A stretch of 64,000 nucleotides of DNA from Eledone cirrhosa (GCA_964016885.1 OZ024756.1:34968001-35032000); one strand, 5' to 3'. Positions 25,501-41,019 are shown, numbered from the stretch's first letter. Translations and numbers: made by a program. The notes: generated by a model not told the origin, from the letters alone.

Positions 25501-28500
25501 TGTGGTGCTGTTGTCATTGTTGTTGGTGATAGTTGTGGTGCTGTTGTCATTGCTGTTGGTGATAGTTGTGGTGCTGTTGTCATTGCTGTTGGTGATAGTT
25601 GTGGTGCTGTTGTCATTGTTGTTGGTGATAGTTGTGGTGGTGTTGTTATTGTTGTTGGTGATAGTTGTGGTGCTGTTGTCATTGTTATTGGTGATAGTTG
25701 TGGTGCTGTTGTCATTGTTGTTGGTGATAGTTGTGGTGGTGTTGTCATTGTTATTGGTGATAGTTGTGGTGCTGTTGTCATTGTTGTTGGTGATAGTTGT
25801 GGTGCTGTTGTCATTGTTGTTGGTGATAGTTGTGGTGGTGTTGTCATTGTTATTGGTGATAGTTGTGGTGCTGTTGTCATTGCTGTTGGTGATAGTTGTG
25901 GTGCTGTTGTCATTGTTATTGGTGATAGTTGTGGTGCTGTTGTCATTGTTGTTGGTGATAGTTGTGGTGCTGTTGTCATTGTTGTTGGTGATAGTTGTGG
26001 TGCTGTTGTCATTGTTATTGGTGATAGTTGTGGTGCTGTTGTCATTGTTGTTGGTGATAGTTGTGGTGCTGTTGTCATTGTTGTTGGTGATAGTTGTGGT
26101 GCTGTTGTCATTGTTGTTGGTGATAGTTGTGGTGCTGTTGTCATTGTTATTGGTGATAGTTGTGGTGCTGTTGTCATTGTTGTTGGTGATAGTTGTGGTG
26201 CTGTTGTCATTGTTGTTGGTGATAGTTGTGGTGCTGTTGTCATTGTTGTTGGTGATAGTTGTGGTGGTGTTGTCATTGTTGTTGGTGATAGTTGTGGTGG
26301 TGTTGTCATTGTTGTTGTGATAGTTATGGTGCTGTTGTCATTGTTATGGTGATAGTTGTGATGCTGTTGTCATTGTTGTTGGTGATAGTTGTGGTGCTGT
26401 TGTCATTGTTGTTGGTGATAGTTGTGGTGGTGTTGTCATTGTTGTTGGTGATAGTTGTGGTGCTGTTGTCATTGTTATTGGTGATAGTTGTGGTGGTGTT
26501 GTCATTGTTGTTGGTGATAGTTGTGGTGCTGTTGTCATTGTTGTTGGTGATAGTTGTGGTGCTGTTGTCATTGTTGTTGGTGATAGTTGTGGTGCTGTTG
26601 TCATTGTTGTTGGTGATAGTTGTGGTGGTGTTGTCATTGTTGTTGGTGATAGTTGTGGTGCTGTTGTCATTGTTGCTGGTGATAGTTGTGGTGCTGTTGT
26701 CATTGTTGTTGGTGATAGTTGTGGTGGTGTTGTCATTGTTGTTGGTGATAGTTGTGGTGCTGTTGTCATTGTTATTGGTGATAGTTGTGATGCTGTTGTC
26801 ATTGTTGTTGTGATAGTTGTGGTGCTGTTGTCATTGTTGTTGGTGATAGTTGTGATGGTGTTGTCATTGTTATTGGTGATAGTTGTGGTGCTGTTGTCAT
26901 TGTTGTTGGTGATAGTTGTGGTGCTGTTGTCATTGTTGTTGGTGATAGTTGTGGTGCTGTTGTCATTGTTGTTGGTGATAGTTGTGGTGGTGCTGTCATT
27001 GTTATTGGTGATAGTTGTGGTGCTGTTGTCATTGTTATTGGTGATAGTTGTGGTGCTGTTGTCATTGTTATTGGTGATAGTTGTGGTGCTGTTGTCATTG
27101 TTGTTGGTGATAGTTGTGGTGCTGTTGTCATTGTTGTTGGTGATAGTTGTGGTGCTGTTGTCATTGTTGTTGGTGATAGTTGTGATGCTGTTGTCATTGT
27201 TGTTGGTGATAGTTGTGGTGCTGTTGTCATTGTTGTTGTGATAGTTATGGTGCTGTTGTCATTGTTATGGTGATAGTTGTGATGCTGTTGTCATTGTTGT
27301 TGGTGATAGTTGTGGTGGTGTTGTCATTGTTGTTGTGATAGTTGTGGTGCTGTTGTCATTGTTATTGGTGATAGTTGTGATGCTGTTGTCATTATTGTTG
27401 TGATAGTTGTGGTGCTGTTGTCATTGTTATTGGTGATAGTTGTGATGCTGTTGTCATTATTGTTGTGATAGTTGTGGTGCTGTTGTCATTGTTGTTGGTG
27501 ATAGTTGTGGTGCTGTTGTCATTGTTGTTGGTGATAGTTGTGGTGCTGTTGTCATTGTTGTTGGTGATAGTTGTGGTGCTGTTGTCATTGTTGTTGGTGA
27601 TAGTTGTGGTGCTGTTGTCATTGTTGTTGTGATAGTTGTGGTGCTGTTGTCATTGTTGTTGGTGATAGTTATGGTGCTGTTGTCATTGTTATGGTGATAG
27701 TTGTGATGCTGTTGTCATTGTTGTTGTGATAGTTGTGGTGCTGTTGTCATTGTTGTTGGTGATAGTTGTGGTGCTGTTGTCATTGTTATTGGTGATAGTT
27801 GTGGTGGTGTTGTCATTGTTGTTGGTGATAGTTGTGGTGCTGTTGTCATTGCTGTTGGTGATAGTTGTGGTGCTGTTGTCATTGTTGTTGGTGATAGTTG
27901 CGGTGCTGTTGTCATTGTTGTTGGTGATAGTGGTGGTGGTGTTGTCATTGTTATTGGTGATAGTTGTGGTGGTGTTGTCATTGTTATTGGTGATAGTTGT
28001 GGTGCTGTTGTCATTGTTGTTGGTGATAGTTGTGGTGGTGTTGTCATTGCTGTTGGTGATAGTTGTGGTGGTGTTGTCATTGCTGTTGGTGATAGTTGTG
28101 GTGCTGTTGTCATTGTTGTTGGTGATAGTTGTGGTGCTGTTGTCATTGTTATTGGTGATAGTTGTGGTGCTGTTGTCATTGTTGTTGGTGATAGTTGTGG
28201 TGCTGTTGTCATTGTTATTGGTGATAGTTGTGGTGCTGTTGTCATTGTTATTGGTGATAGTTGTGGTGGTGTTGTCATTGTTATTGGTGATAGTTGTGGT
28301 GCTGTTGTCATTGTTATTGGTGATAGTTGTGGTGCTGTTGTCATTGTTATTGGTGATAGTTGTGGTGCTGTTGTCATTGTTATTGGTGATAGTTGTGGTG
28401 GTGTTGTCATTGTTGTTGGTGATAGTGGTGGTGGTGTTGTCATTGTTATTGGTGATAGTTGTGGTGGTGTTGTCATTGTTGTTGGTGATAGCTGTGGTGC

Positions 28501-30220
28501 TGTTGTCATTGTTATTGGTGATAGTTGTGGTGCTGTTGTCATTGTTGTTGGTGATAGTTGTGGTGCTGTTGTCATTGTTATTGGTGATAGTTGTGGTGCT
28601 GTTGTCATTGTTATTGGTGATAGTTGTGGTGCTGTTGTCATTGTTGTTGGTGATAGTTGTGGTGGTGTTGTCATTGTTATTGGTGATAGTTGTGGTGGTG
28701 TTGTCATTGTTATTGGTGATAGTTGTGGTGCTGTTGTCATTGTTGTCATTGTTGTTGTGATAGTTGTGGTGCTGTTGTCATTGTTGTTGGTGATAGTTGT
28801 GGTGCTGTTGTCATTGTTGTTGGTGATAGTTGTGGTGGTGTTGTCATTGTTATTGGTGATAGTTGTGGTGGTGTTGTCATTGTTATTGGTGATAGTTGTG
28901 GTGCTGTTGTCATTGTTGTTGTGATAGTTGTGGTGCTGTTGTCATTGTTGTTGGTGATAGTTGTGGTGCTGTTGTCATTGTTGTTGGTGATAGTTGTGGT
29001 GGTGTTGTCATTGTTATTGGTGATAGTTGTGGTGCTGTTGTCATTGTTGTTGGTGATAGTTGTGGTGCTGTTGTCATTGTTGTTGGTGATAGTTGTGATG
29101 CTGTTGTCATTGTTGTTGGTGATAGTTGTGATGCTGTTGTCATTGTTGTTGGTGATAGTTGTGATGCTGTTGTCATTGTTGTTGTGATAGTTGTGGTGCT
29201 GTTGTCATTGTTGTTGGTGATAGTTGTGGTGCTGTTGTCATTGTTGTTGGTGATAGTTGTGGTGGTGTTGTCATTGTTATTGGTGATAGTTGTGGTGCTG
29301 TTGTCATTGTTGTTGGTGATAGTTGTGGTGCTGTTGTCATTGTTGTTGGTGATAGTTGTGGTGCTGTTGTCATTGTTGTTGGTGATAGTTGTGGTGGTGC
29401 TGTCATTGTTATTGGTGATAGTTGTGGTGCTGTTGTCATTGTTATTGGTGATAGTTGTGGTGCTGTTGTCATTGTTATTGGTGATAGTTGTGGTGCTGTT
29501 GTCATTGTTATGGTGATAGTTGTGGTGGTGCTGTCATTGTTATGGTGATAGTTGTGGTGGTGCTGTCATTGTTATGGTGATAGTTGTGGTGCTGTTGTCA
29601 TTGTCATTGGTGATAGTTGTGGTGCTGTTGTCATTGTTATTGGTGATAGTTGTGGTGCTGTTGTCATTGTTGTTGGTGATAGTTGTGGTGGTGTTGTCAT
29701 TGTTATGGTGATAGTTGTGGTGCTGTTGTCATTGTTATTGGTGATAGTTGTGGTGCTGTTGTCATTGTTATTGGTGATAGTTGTGGTGCTGTTGTCATTG
29801 TTGTTGGTGATAGTTGTGGTGGTGTTGTCATTGTTGTTGGTGATAGTTGTGGTGGTGTTGTCATTGTTATTGGTGATAGTTGTGGTGGTGTTGTCATTGT
29901 TGTTGGTGATAGTTGTGGTGCTTTTGTCATTGTTGTTGGTGATAGTTGTGGTGCTGTTGTCATTGTTGTTGGTGATAGTTGTGGTGCTTTTGTCATTGTT
30001 GTTGGTGATAGTTGTGGTGCTGTTGTCATTGTTGTTGGTGATAGTTGTGGTGGTGTTGTCATTGTTGTTGGTGATAGTTGTGGTGCTGTTGTCATTGTTG
30101 TTGGTGATAGTTGTGGTGGTGTTGTCATTGTTGTTGGTGATAGTTGTGGTGGTGTTGTCATTGTTGTTGGTGATAGTTGTGGTGCTGTTGTCATTGTTGT
30201 TGGTGATAGTTGTGGTGCTG
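22570..30220. repeat. Large 33-bp minisatellite array (~7.6 kb, roughly 230 units)
   Basis: Unit GGTGATAGTTGTGGTGCTGTTGTCATTGTTGTT, with point variants and 20-/32-bp deletion units that shift frames. Confidence 0.97.
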
Positions 30221-30484
30221 TCTCACACAATGTCTTCAGAACAAAAGTAAAATAACAATATTTCATATTTCCATATTTAATGTAGTGACAGCAGAATTAA
30301 TTAGTAAAGTTCTTAACTATCTAGTTACATTCCTCCATGTTCTGAGTTCAAATTTCACAATGGCCGCCTAGCTCTTGTCCCCTGAACTGGATAACAGAAA
30401 TACCAAATAGATTTAATCAACATATCCCCTTCTCCACCCTATTCTTCTAGAGTACTCATGACTGACCAAAAGTCACATATCTGC

Positions 30485-30900
30485 ACTAGACTGTAGCCAA
30501 CCAATACTCTTAAATGACCACCCAGTTCTCTGGATTAACCAAAAGTTATCTTCGATGGACTGTAGCCAACCAATACTCTTAAATGACCACCCAGTTCTCT
30601 GGATTGACCAAGAGATATCTTCAATGGACTGTGACCAACCAATACTCTTAAATGACCACCCAGTTCTCTGGATTGACCAAGAGATATCTTCAATGGACTG
30701 TGACCACCCAGTTCTGTGGATTGATCAAGAGTTATCTTCAATGGACTGTGACCAACCAATACTCTTCAATGACCACCCAGTTCTCTGGATTGACCAACAC
30801 ATGTCTTCGATGGACTGTGGCCAACCAATACTCTTAAATGACCACCCAGTACTCTGGATTGACCAACAAATATCTTCAATGGACGGTGGCCAACCAATAC
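30485..30900. repeat. ~72-bp tandem repeat (~6 copies)
   Basis: GGACTGTGACCAACCAATACTCTTAAATGACCACCCAGTTCTCTGGATTGACCAAGAGATATCTTCAAT repeated. Confidence 0.9.
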
Positions 30901-32435
30901 TACAGACTGACCGATAGATAGACGAACACATATTTTCATTGAATGACCAAGGTGGTGAGCAGCAGAGTTGCAGGCACAATCAATACCCATGACATCATAC
31001 CATCCACTGCACTGCTACTAGATGTGTGTGTGTGCATGTATGTATGTGTGTGTGTGAGAGAGAGTCCATGTACACACAAACAATCAAACACATACACACC
31101 TACCTTTATATGAAGGTCAGTAGGTCACTGACTGTCAAAATCGCAATGATACAATAATACAAACTGCAGTGTAACAAATAGGAAGTTATAATAACTGTTT
31201 CTACTTTTTGGCACAAGGCCAGCAATTACCCAGTGCATTACTGGTACTTTATTTTATCGACCCCGTAAGGATGAAAGGCAAAGTTAACCTCGGCGGTTAT
31301 AATAACATGACCCACAAAGTAATATTACCACCATACCAGTGGTGGTATGGTGGTAGTATGGTGGAGTGGTTGTAATGGTGGTATGGTGGTGGTGATTGTA
31401 GTGGTGGAATGGTGTGGTGGTGCTTGTAGTGGTGATATGATGGTAGTGTGGTGGTGGTGGTGATAGTAGTAGTAGTAGTAGTATGGTGATGATGGTGAGG
31501 TGGTGCTGATGTCGTGGAATTGGTGTGGTGGTAGTGGTGTTATGGTGAACATGTATATGTTGCCTGGGTTAACAACAGCAGCAAGATGGAGAGAGAGAGG
31601 GGGGAGAGAGAGTGTGCATGCACACAGACACAGTTATAATAATAATAATAATAATTATTATTATTATTTCTACTTTTGGCACAAGGCCAGCAAATTCACC
31701 AGTGAATTACTGGTACTTTATTTTATCATAATAATAATAATTGTTTCTACATTTGGCACAAGACCAGCAATTACCCAGTGTATTACTGGTACTTTATTTT
31801 ATTACTGGTACTTTATTTTTGCTTATGAAAGGCAAAGTTAACCTCGGCGGGATTTGAACTCAGAAAGCTATATTAACTACACAAGTGATATGATGATGTC
31901 ATTTACTGAATTTCCTGGGTTTAACAAAATGAAAAAATAAAGCCATTGAGGCAACCCCCCCATCTCTCTCTCTCACACACACACAAACAGTTATAATATG
32001 ACCCCATAAATTATATTAACTAAACACAAATGACGTGATAACATTGTTTCCTGGGTTAACAAGATGAAGTGATAACACACAGACTCACAAGTGATATGTC
32101 ATCTAGTTTTCTGGCTATCCTGGCTTAATATTGACTGATTGATTTCAAAATAAGGAAAGATAAAGTTACTGAGATAACCACACGAGTGCATACAGACACA
32201 GACATACAGACACACTCAGAGACAGACAGACAGACACACATACACAGGTGTATCAATGAAATATCTCTTTGCAATGATAAAGTAGTTCCCAGGTCTGATC
32301 CCATTGGGTGACATCTATGGCAAGTAACATTTCCCATAGCCTAGGGTCGAAACAAACCTTGTCAGTGAAACTGGGTAGACAGAAACTGTTTGGAAGCCTG
32401 TTAGCTGAACTATACCAGGAAGTTAAAAGTGAAGT

Positions 32436-32684
32436 GCTGTGATATCACACGACCAAGTAAAGTGTCGTGATATCACACGACCAAGTAAAGTGTCGTGAAA
32501 TCACACGACCAAGTAAAGTGTCGTGAAATCACATGACCAAGTAAAGTGTCGTGAAATCACATGACCAAGTAAAGTGTCGTGAAATCACATGACCAAGTAA
32601 AGTGTCATGATATCACATGACCAATTAAAGTGTCATGATATCACATGACCAAGTAAAGCGTCATGATATCACATGACCAAGTAA
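32436..32684. repeat. ~29-bp tandem repeat (~8 copies)
   Basis: GTGATATCACACGACCAAGTAAAGTGTC-type unit repeated. Confidence 0.9.
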
Positions 32685-33555
32685 TATATTGGAATATCAA
32701 CTGATCAACCAAGTGAATTGTCAGTGCCTAAAACTGATAAAAGTACAGTAATGAAAAATTGAGAGGTTTGTACCAATGTTATTGCACGAGTCTGGAAACA
32801 AAATATTGTGTGAGAAATGTAGAAATTCATCAAAGTTTGACTGCTTTTGTCCTTTCTCTTGTAAATATTCTACACCAACAACAACATTGATAACATAAAC
32901 CAAACACCACCAGCAATACAACAAACACCAATACTACCACCACTGCCAATACCATAAACACCATCACCACCATTACAACCAACACCACTGCCAATACCAT
33001 AAACACTATTACCACCATTACAACCACCACCATCATTACCACAACATTCATTGCAGGACTATTTCTTAAGGAAATCAACACCTCAAAGATTTTAGAATTT
33101 CAACCAGTTATTTTGATTAGTCACTTTATGTGACCCTGATTCTAACATTCCAGCCAAAACAACACCACCACCCCTCTCTCTCGCTCTCTCTCTAATCTAT
33201 CTGGTTCTTCACCAATATCAATCCAAACACAAGAGATGCTTGTTTCTAGAAATTATGAAACCATCTTCAATATGTCACCATTGCCACAACAGCAGCCATC
33301 TTGTCCGTATTTCAGGGGGAAAAAAAATCATAGCAAATATGCTTACATAACTTACTGCATACATAGACAAACACATACATGTATGTACATCGATATACAC
33401 ATATACATGTATGTATATAGATATACACATATACATACACATATGTATGTATATAGATATAAACATATACATACACACTTATACCTAGATATACATATAT
33501 ATATGTATGTAAAAGGTAAACAGAAACAACACAATCGGTACAGTATATGGAAGGG

Positions 33556-33615
<60 letters not shown>

Positions 33616-33856
33616 TTTTATATGGTCTACTCGTTTGTGTTTTGCCTGGTTGGTCCTGCCTGATGTCATAGCCACCATCAGTTGTAAACAACAACAACAA
33701 CAATAATGAACTAAACTAAAGTATTATATAATGAAACCTCACATCCAAGCAAAGTGTTACAAATTGGTCAATGTTTTTAAAAATTAGGATAGATTTATAA
33801 AGGTTATTAAACTAGCCCTAACTATATATATATATATATAACTTGGTGCTGGAACA

Positions 33857-33887
<31 letters not shown>

Positions 33888-34570
33888 TTATTTAATACAT
33901 TAACAGACAAAGCTTTAAGCGATACTCTGACCAACTCCATCTCACTCAACAAACATTAGGATATACCTAAGTATAATCCCAATTTAGTGTTATAGCTGGT
34001 TGTATTATTTTATATGAGACACAATTAAGTAAATCTCTCTTTCCTTCCATACGATTGTTTCGTTATAAGATTTCTACAAGTTGGGATAAATAATGTCCAG
34101 GTTATGTAGAAACTTGTATATAATCCACACAAGGTTTTCTGCTAGCATGTGTAGTGTGCATATTGATATTATACGCAAGTATATATGCATGATATGATAC
34201 ATCAAATAAAATCGTAATTGACAATATACACAGAAATTGAATGAAGACTGCGTTACACTCTCTTATGTAATCAGTAACGTAACCCATGATACATTAAAAC
34301 AACATTGTATATAAACTGCATTAGGAGAAAATTAGTGACGGAAATATATGAATGTTTATTTAAGCGATAGCTAACCGGAAGTGTTGACATTTGAAAATTT
34401 GTGCATCTTTAAATAAACAATAAAATATATTTAATCAACAGCTACGAAATTTAGTAGATAGATTATGTAATATTCATTATTTATTCAAAGTAATCCAACT
34501 TATTTTACCAACCGGATTAAAAGAAATAAACTGTATGCAGTCCCATACTCCTTACTTTATTATAGTTTAG

Positions 34571-34737
34571 ATTACCAAATACATTTTTACATTAAATATT
34601 CTCTGGCTGTCAGCTGTAGAGCTGTTTGGTGAGATTTATAATGAGATAATTACTTATAAATAACTGATTTGAAAAGTCCCAATAAGGGACGAAAATTTCG
34701 TATATCAAAATTTAATGTAAAAACCTATTTGGTAATT
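34571..34737. mobile_element. Probable MITE / inverted repeat
   Basis: ATTACCAAATACATTTTTACATTAAAT and ATTTAATGTAAAAACCTATTTGGTAAT form 27-bp inverted arms with 2 mismatches. Confidence 0.5.
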
Positions 34738-34942
34738 ACTTTAATGAATAATTTGCTTCATACGTAATTATTATTTTTAACACAATAGGATTTTGTACAC
34801 ATGCTTGTTTGAATAATCTTTCAAGGAAGGATAAAACACAACCTTTTGTACTGTTTATGATAATACATTTGAGCTGTTTTAACTTCTCCACCTACCTCAT
34901 TCCAATTTTTATATTGCTTTTGTAAAAAAACAATATTTTATT

Positions 34943-34993
<51 letters not shown>

Positions 34994-35068
34994 TTAAGGT
35001 ACAAGTTAATTGCGTCTGTAGGCAGTATGCCGGGTGAGCACTCAATGTTCTTGGAGATCACATATCAA

Positions 35069-35162
35069 AACATATCTGAGGAGCTTCCAATTCCAGAGTC
35101 AGGTTCGATCATTAATAGATTGTTCCTCGAGCTGATCGACAGTGGAACATATGTAATATGTT
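35069..35162 (+). ncRNA. Hammerhead-like motif with extended stem II
   Basis: Stem I AACATAT/ATATGTT; CTGAGGA; ~60-nt insert containing a TCGATCA/TGATCGA hairpin; GGAA in place of GAAA; palindromic stem III CATATG; TA. Confidence 0.55.
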
Positions 35163-35429
35163 ATTAAATATGTATATATTGCAACACTTATTCTTTATTC
35201 CCTTATATATATTGATATATTTACATGTATGTATGAATATATAGGGAAGATCCCTGGAGGTTCGACACCACATGCTTTGGGATTGCATGCTTAGGATGAC
35301 CAAGGCCTCGTCGAGCAAGAAAAAGAAGAATATATGTGAGTGTGTATGTTACAAAGGTTATGAAACTAGCCTTGGCTATATTGTATATATGGTGGTGGGA
35401 AATAAGAGACATGATGAACAGTTGTAATA

Positions 35430-35466
<37 letters not shown>

Positions 35467-36896
35467 TATTTTTATATATACACATATATATATGTGTGTG
35501 TACATGTAAGTGTACATTTATGTATAAAATGAGAGAGTGTGATATAATTGCAAACTCTAGAGAAAAATATCAGTTTTCTAACTGAAGCAATGTTGAGAAT
35601 GTCTGGGGTGGGGGGAATGAGAGAGGAATTGTCACAGTGTAAATAATATGAGAGTGGTGGTGGTGGTGAGAGAGAGAGAAATGGATAGAGTTCTTATATA
35701 AAATTATGATGAAAAATTTTGAATAAATATAACTTTAATACAGTTTTGCTTCATAGAACCAGAAATGGTTTCAGGTGGTTTGGTATCAAAAGATTTTGGG
35801 TAATACATCATCAGACCACATGAAAGCATGTGGTTAGGGTGTTGGACTTACAATCGTAATGTTGTGGGTCAAATCCTGGACTGGCTTGTGTGTTGTGTTC
35901 CTTAGCAAAATGCATCATTTCATATTGCTCTAGTATACTCGGCTGAAAATGAGTACCAGCAGTAGCGGGGGGGGGGGGGGGGGGGCATTAACCCTGTAAT
36001 GGACTAACGTCCTGTCCAGGGGGAGGGAGTCTTGTACTCTCAGTTAATGCCACAGAAACAGAGATAAGCACTGGCCTGAGACATTTACTGCGGCCCTTCT
36101 TGATTGGGTGGAGGACCACATCTCAGTCATTTTTTTGCCATTCCTAAAACCAACCATTTTACAGAGTGTACTGTGTCTATTTTATCAAGGCACCAATTCA
36201 AGAGAGTTTGTCATATCTTCTACATAACTAGAGTCCTCTCCACTCTAAGCTAACTCAGTTTGATTGCCAATCACTTTACAGAGTGAATTGGGTGCATTTT
36301 ACAGTGGCACCAACACTAGAGAGGTCTCTTTTGCTTCTCCACTTGGCTAAAGAGTCTTCTCCACACAGATAGTGTACTGGTCAAGGAGTTCAATGAGGGG
36401 AGTGTGTGTATATGAGTATGTCGGAGAAAACAGAGATAGGATAGTAGAAGAGGGAGAGGAACAATGGCAGTTACATGGTGGTTGTTGGTAAGGGCAGGAA
36501 TTTGAGCAATAGGGATGTGTCATGGTAAGAGGGCTAGTGATGGATAGTAACTGTAAAGAAGTGTGATGGTGGGAGTAGTGAACACCAGCAGGAGGTAGGG
36601 GGAAATTGATTGTTGGAGTGGGGTAGCAAGGGGGGGGGATGTTCATTGTCTTGGTCCATTGTTATATGACCAAGGATCAACTGAACAACTTAATTACAAG
36701 GTACCATATACAGCAGATCACCTCATTCATGGGTCACACTAATAAACTATCTGTGAACACACACATACAAAAGAGTAAATATGACAGGGAGAGATTACCA
36801 GGACAGAGTAGGAGGGAGGGAGGGCTTGTGTTTCATTCAGTGAACTATGACACACAGGAAATAAAGAACAGAAGAAAGACACTGGTATTACTGAAA

Positions 36897-37960
<1,064 letters not shown>

Positions 37961-38794
37961 TATAATGTGTATATCATATCATATGCAACTAGTTAAGACC
38001 AATAAAGCCATTAGTCAACTTAGTACTCAATACTAAAGGAAAGTAGTGTGTTGATATTGTTATTCTAGGGATCTTTGCTTGACGGCTAAGTTTAAACCAT
38101 TTTCAGCACCCCTCATAGACCAATATCTTGGGCAAACTCTGGCCTCTTTGGCTTTCTGAATGGCACGCTTTATTTCAAAATTGCCTGAAATCTTTTAGTA
38201 GTGTGGTTCACCTTATGATGAGCCACATCCTATGTGGCCGACTGCTCAAAAAAGGTTGCCCATAATAACAGGCAATGCCAGGAGTTCTATAGAACCTGGA
38301 GATATTAGTCTATAGCAACAGGCAAAACCAAAGTTCTACAGATATTGGTAGTTAATGGTGGTGGTAGTATTATCAGCTTCATATTTTGTCAACATGACAG
38401 CAAGCTGCTGTGATGTGTACACAACAATGACAGATTTCCAATTGAACAGAATAAAAAAAAAAAAAAATGAGGAAATAGTTTTAAGAAATAAATTACAGGA
38501 AGTATTTACATAATGTCTTACCTTTAGATGGTAGCTAAACATGTTAGAAATGGCAGCTAAATCTCACTCAAATTACATCATACTGTCTTAAATAAGATTC
38601 TTGGTCAAACTGTTTGAAATAGCAACCAAATCTCCCTCAAATTAAACCCTACTCTACCGCCTTAACCCTTTCATGAGGACATTTTTAATCAAATATACTG
38701 CTTATGATTTTCAAATGATTTTTGAAATAAATCAAGAATTTGACGAATTTTTGTTTATCATCATTGTTAAGTTGGTGTTTGGAGCATAACTTTC

Positions 38795-39125
38795 GACTAC
38801 TTCCTTTTGGTGCCAGTCACCGTTGAGACTTCATGTGACCTCAGTCTCCAAGCGGCTGATTTCCTCCATAAAATTGCAAAGACAGCAACCCACCTAAGGA
38901 AGGAACCCCATGAGATAGGGTGCTTGTTACGATGGGTGTCGCTGGCCATTCTCCACGGCAATACCTTCGCTATATTGTCTACGGAACACAGCCGAAGCAC
39001 CGCTCAGACTGACTTGTACAGATAGTCACCCACCCAACTCTTTTTCCTTTCTTCGTTGCTTAATTTCTTTTTATCTTGTTCATCTCTTCCTTGTTGCCAT
39101 TTATCACATTTTCTCTTTACTTAAA
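38795..39125 (+). mobile_element. 3' remnant of a restriction-like-endonuclease (CRE-like) non-LTR retrotransposon
   Basis: LVPVTVETSCDLSLQAADFLHKIAK...EPHEIGCLLRWVSLAILHGNTFAIL resembles the CRE-clade C-terminal pattern F.P.A.ET.G......FL..L....QR.S.A.QRGNA..IL; pyrimidine-rich 3' tail follows. Confidence 0.7.
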
Positions 39126-40440
39126 AAGCTAACTTTGGTGGAGGGATTTTATCTCAAGAGCTCCAGAACAAATACCATCAGGCACTCAGTCCCAGATGAA
39201 AGGTAATGTTGATTTTTGGGGGTAGGCAGGATTTGAACTGAGATCTCCAGAAGTGTAATATAACTAATGTGTCCAACCTTCTTACCAGCTCTGCCAATTC
39301 AGCACCCATTTTATAGAAGGGGTGGCTTAACATTCACAGAGTTAAGTAAGTCTAACGTGAAATGGTAGCTCTCTCTCTCCCTCACTGTCTGTCTGTCTGA
39401 CGTTCCATAGAGAAGAAAGGAACCCACTCTAAGAATTGGGTAGATTTTCAGTGAAAGAAGCTTGTAACACTTTCCTACGTTGATTTAACATTGAAGAAGA
39501 ATTTCAAAAACAAAAACAACCCTCCCCACTCCAAAAGGAAAAAAAAAACCATCATGTGGTATGTGTATATGTGTGTGAGTATATACATGAGTGTATGTCA
39601 AAGTGTGAGTGGAGTGTGGAGATGGAAGTGGGGGGTGGAGGAAGAGGATAAGAAAGATCAACAATAACAACAGCAACAAGACGAAGATGTGTTGGTACAA
39701 TAGAGAAGAAAAAGAACAAGTAGATCAGTAAGTGAACAATAACAACAACAAGACAGGAGGGAGAAGAAAAAAACCTGGCTGACTGCCATGTGGAGATGGT
39801 GGCGGTGGTGGAGATGGTGGCGGCGGTGGTAGTGGAGGTGGTGGTGGTGAGGGACAGCAGTAGCAGACAGAAAGCTATGAATGACTTAGCAAGAGGAAAG
39901 GAACAACAAAAACAAAAACAACATACACATACTACATACAATACACACACTACAGAAACATATATACACTACATATGTACATACTACATACATATATACA
40001 CACACATCTCTCTCCCTCTTTCTCGCCATTGAATAAATAGTGGGAGGTTTGTTGAAGTATCTTGCTGAGGAGTTCATTGACTGTACTGCTGCTGCTGCTG
40101 CTACTACTGCTACTACCACTACAGCTACTACTACTACTACCACTACTACAGTACTACTACAACCACCAGTGCTGCTGCAGCTACTACTACTATTACAACT
40201 GCAGCTGTTACTACTACTAATACCACTGCTGCAGCAACTAATACTACTACCACTGTTGCAGCTACTACTACTGCAGCTGATACTACTACTACTACTACTA
40301 CTACTACTAATGTTTGTTTTGATTACTTGCTGGTTTGTATAAATCTGTGTTCATGTATGTATGAGCATGAGTGTGTGTACATGTGTGTGTGTGTGTGTGT
40401 CTGTGTATGTATATATATATATATATATGTGTGTGTGTAT

Positions 40441-40510
<70 letters not shown>

Positions 40511-41019
40511 GTAGAGTTAGTCTGTACCTAAGCTGTTTTCAACATTCAACTCAGTCATGAACTGAATGTAAAACAGAGCAGCAGCAGCAGCAACTCCCAG
40601 ATACTTGTAGATCACAATAACCACTATAACTGTCACAACAACAACAACCACAACAAATGAGAGACTTGTAAACCAAACTGTCAAACTGAGGCTTTGAGAC
40701 AGAAAACAGAAGGAAAAAAACACAACACATAACAACACAACAGATGACAACAATAACAGATGATGACAACAATAACAGATGATAACAACACAACAGGCAA
40801 CAATAACAGAGATGATAATAACATAACATGATAATTACATAACAAAGAATAATATAACATAACATAGAACATAATATAACAACAGATAATGAATACATAA
40901 CAAGCAACAACAATAACAACATAACAACAAAGATGATAATGACATAACAGACAACAGATGATAACAATAATATAGATGACAACAACAACATGATATGAAT
41001 TACATAACACAGATGATAA

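Noticed and set aside
22374-30266. Long ORFs such as (MTTAPQLSPTT)n mucin-like, (GDSCGAVVIVV)n and (LLSLLLVIVVV)n
   Set aside because: Products of a 33-bp tandem repeat; repeatedly frameshifted, with no unique domain or splice context.
30535-30990. Repetitive ORFs such as MDCDQPILLNDHPVLWIDQEISS
   Set aside because: Translation of a ~72-bp tandem repeat; no domain signature.
32436-32684. ~29-bp direct repeats of CRISPR-like length
   Set aside because: Head-to-tail with no spacers.
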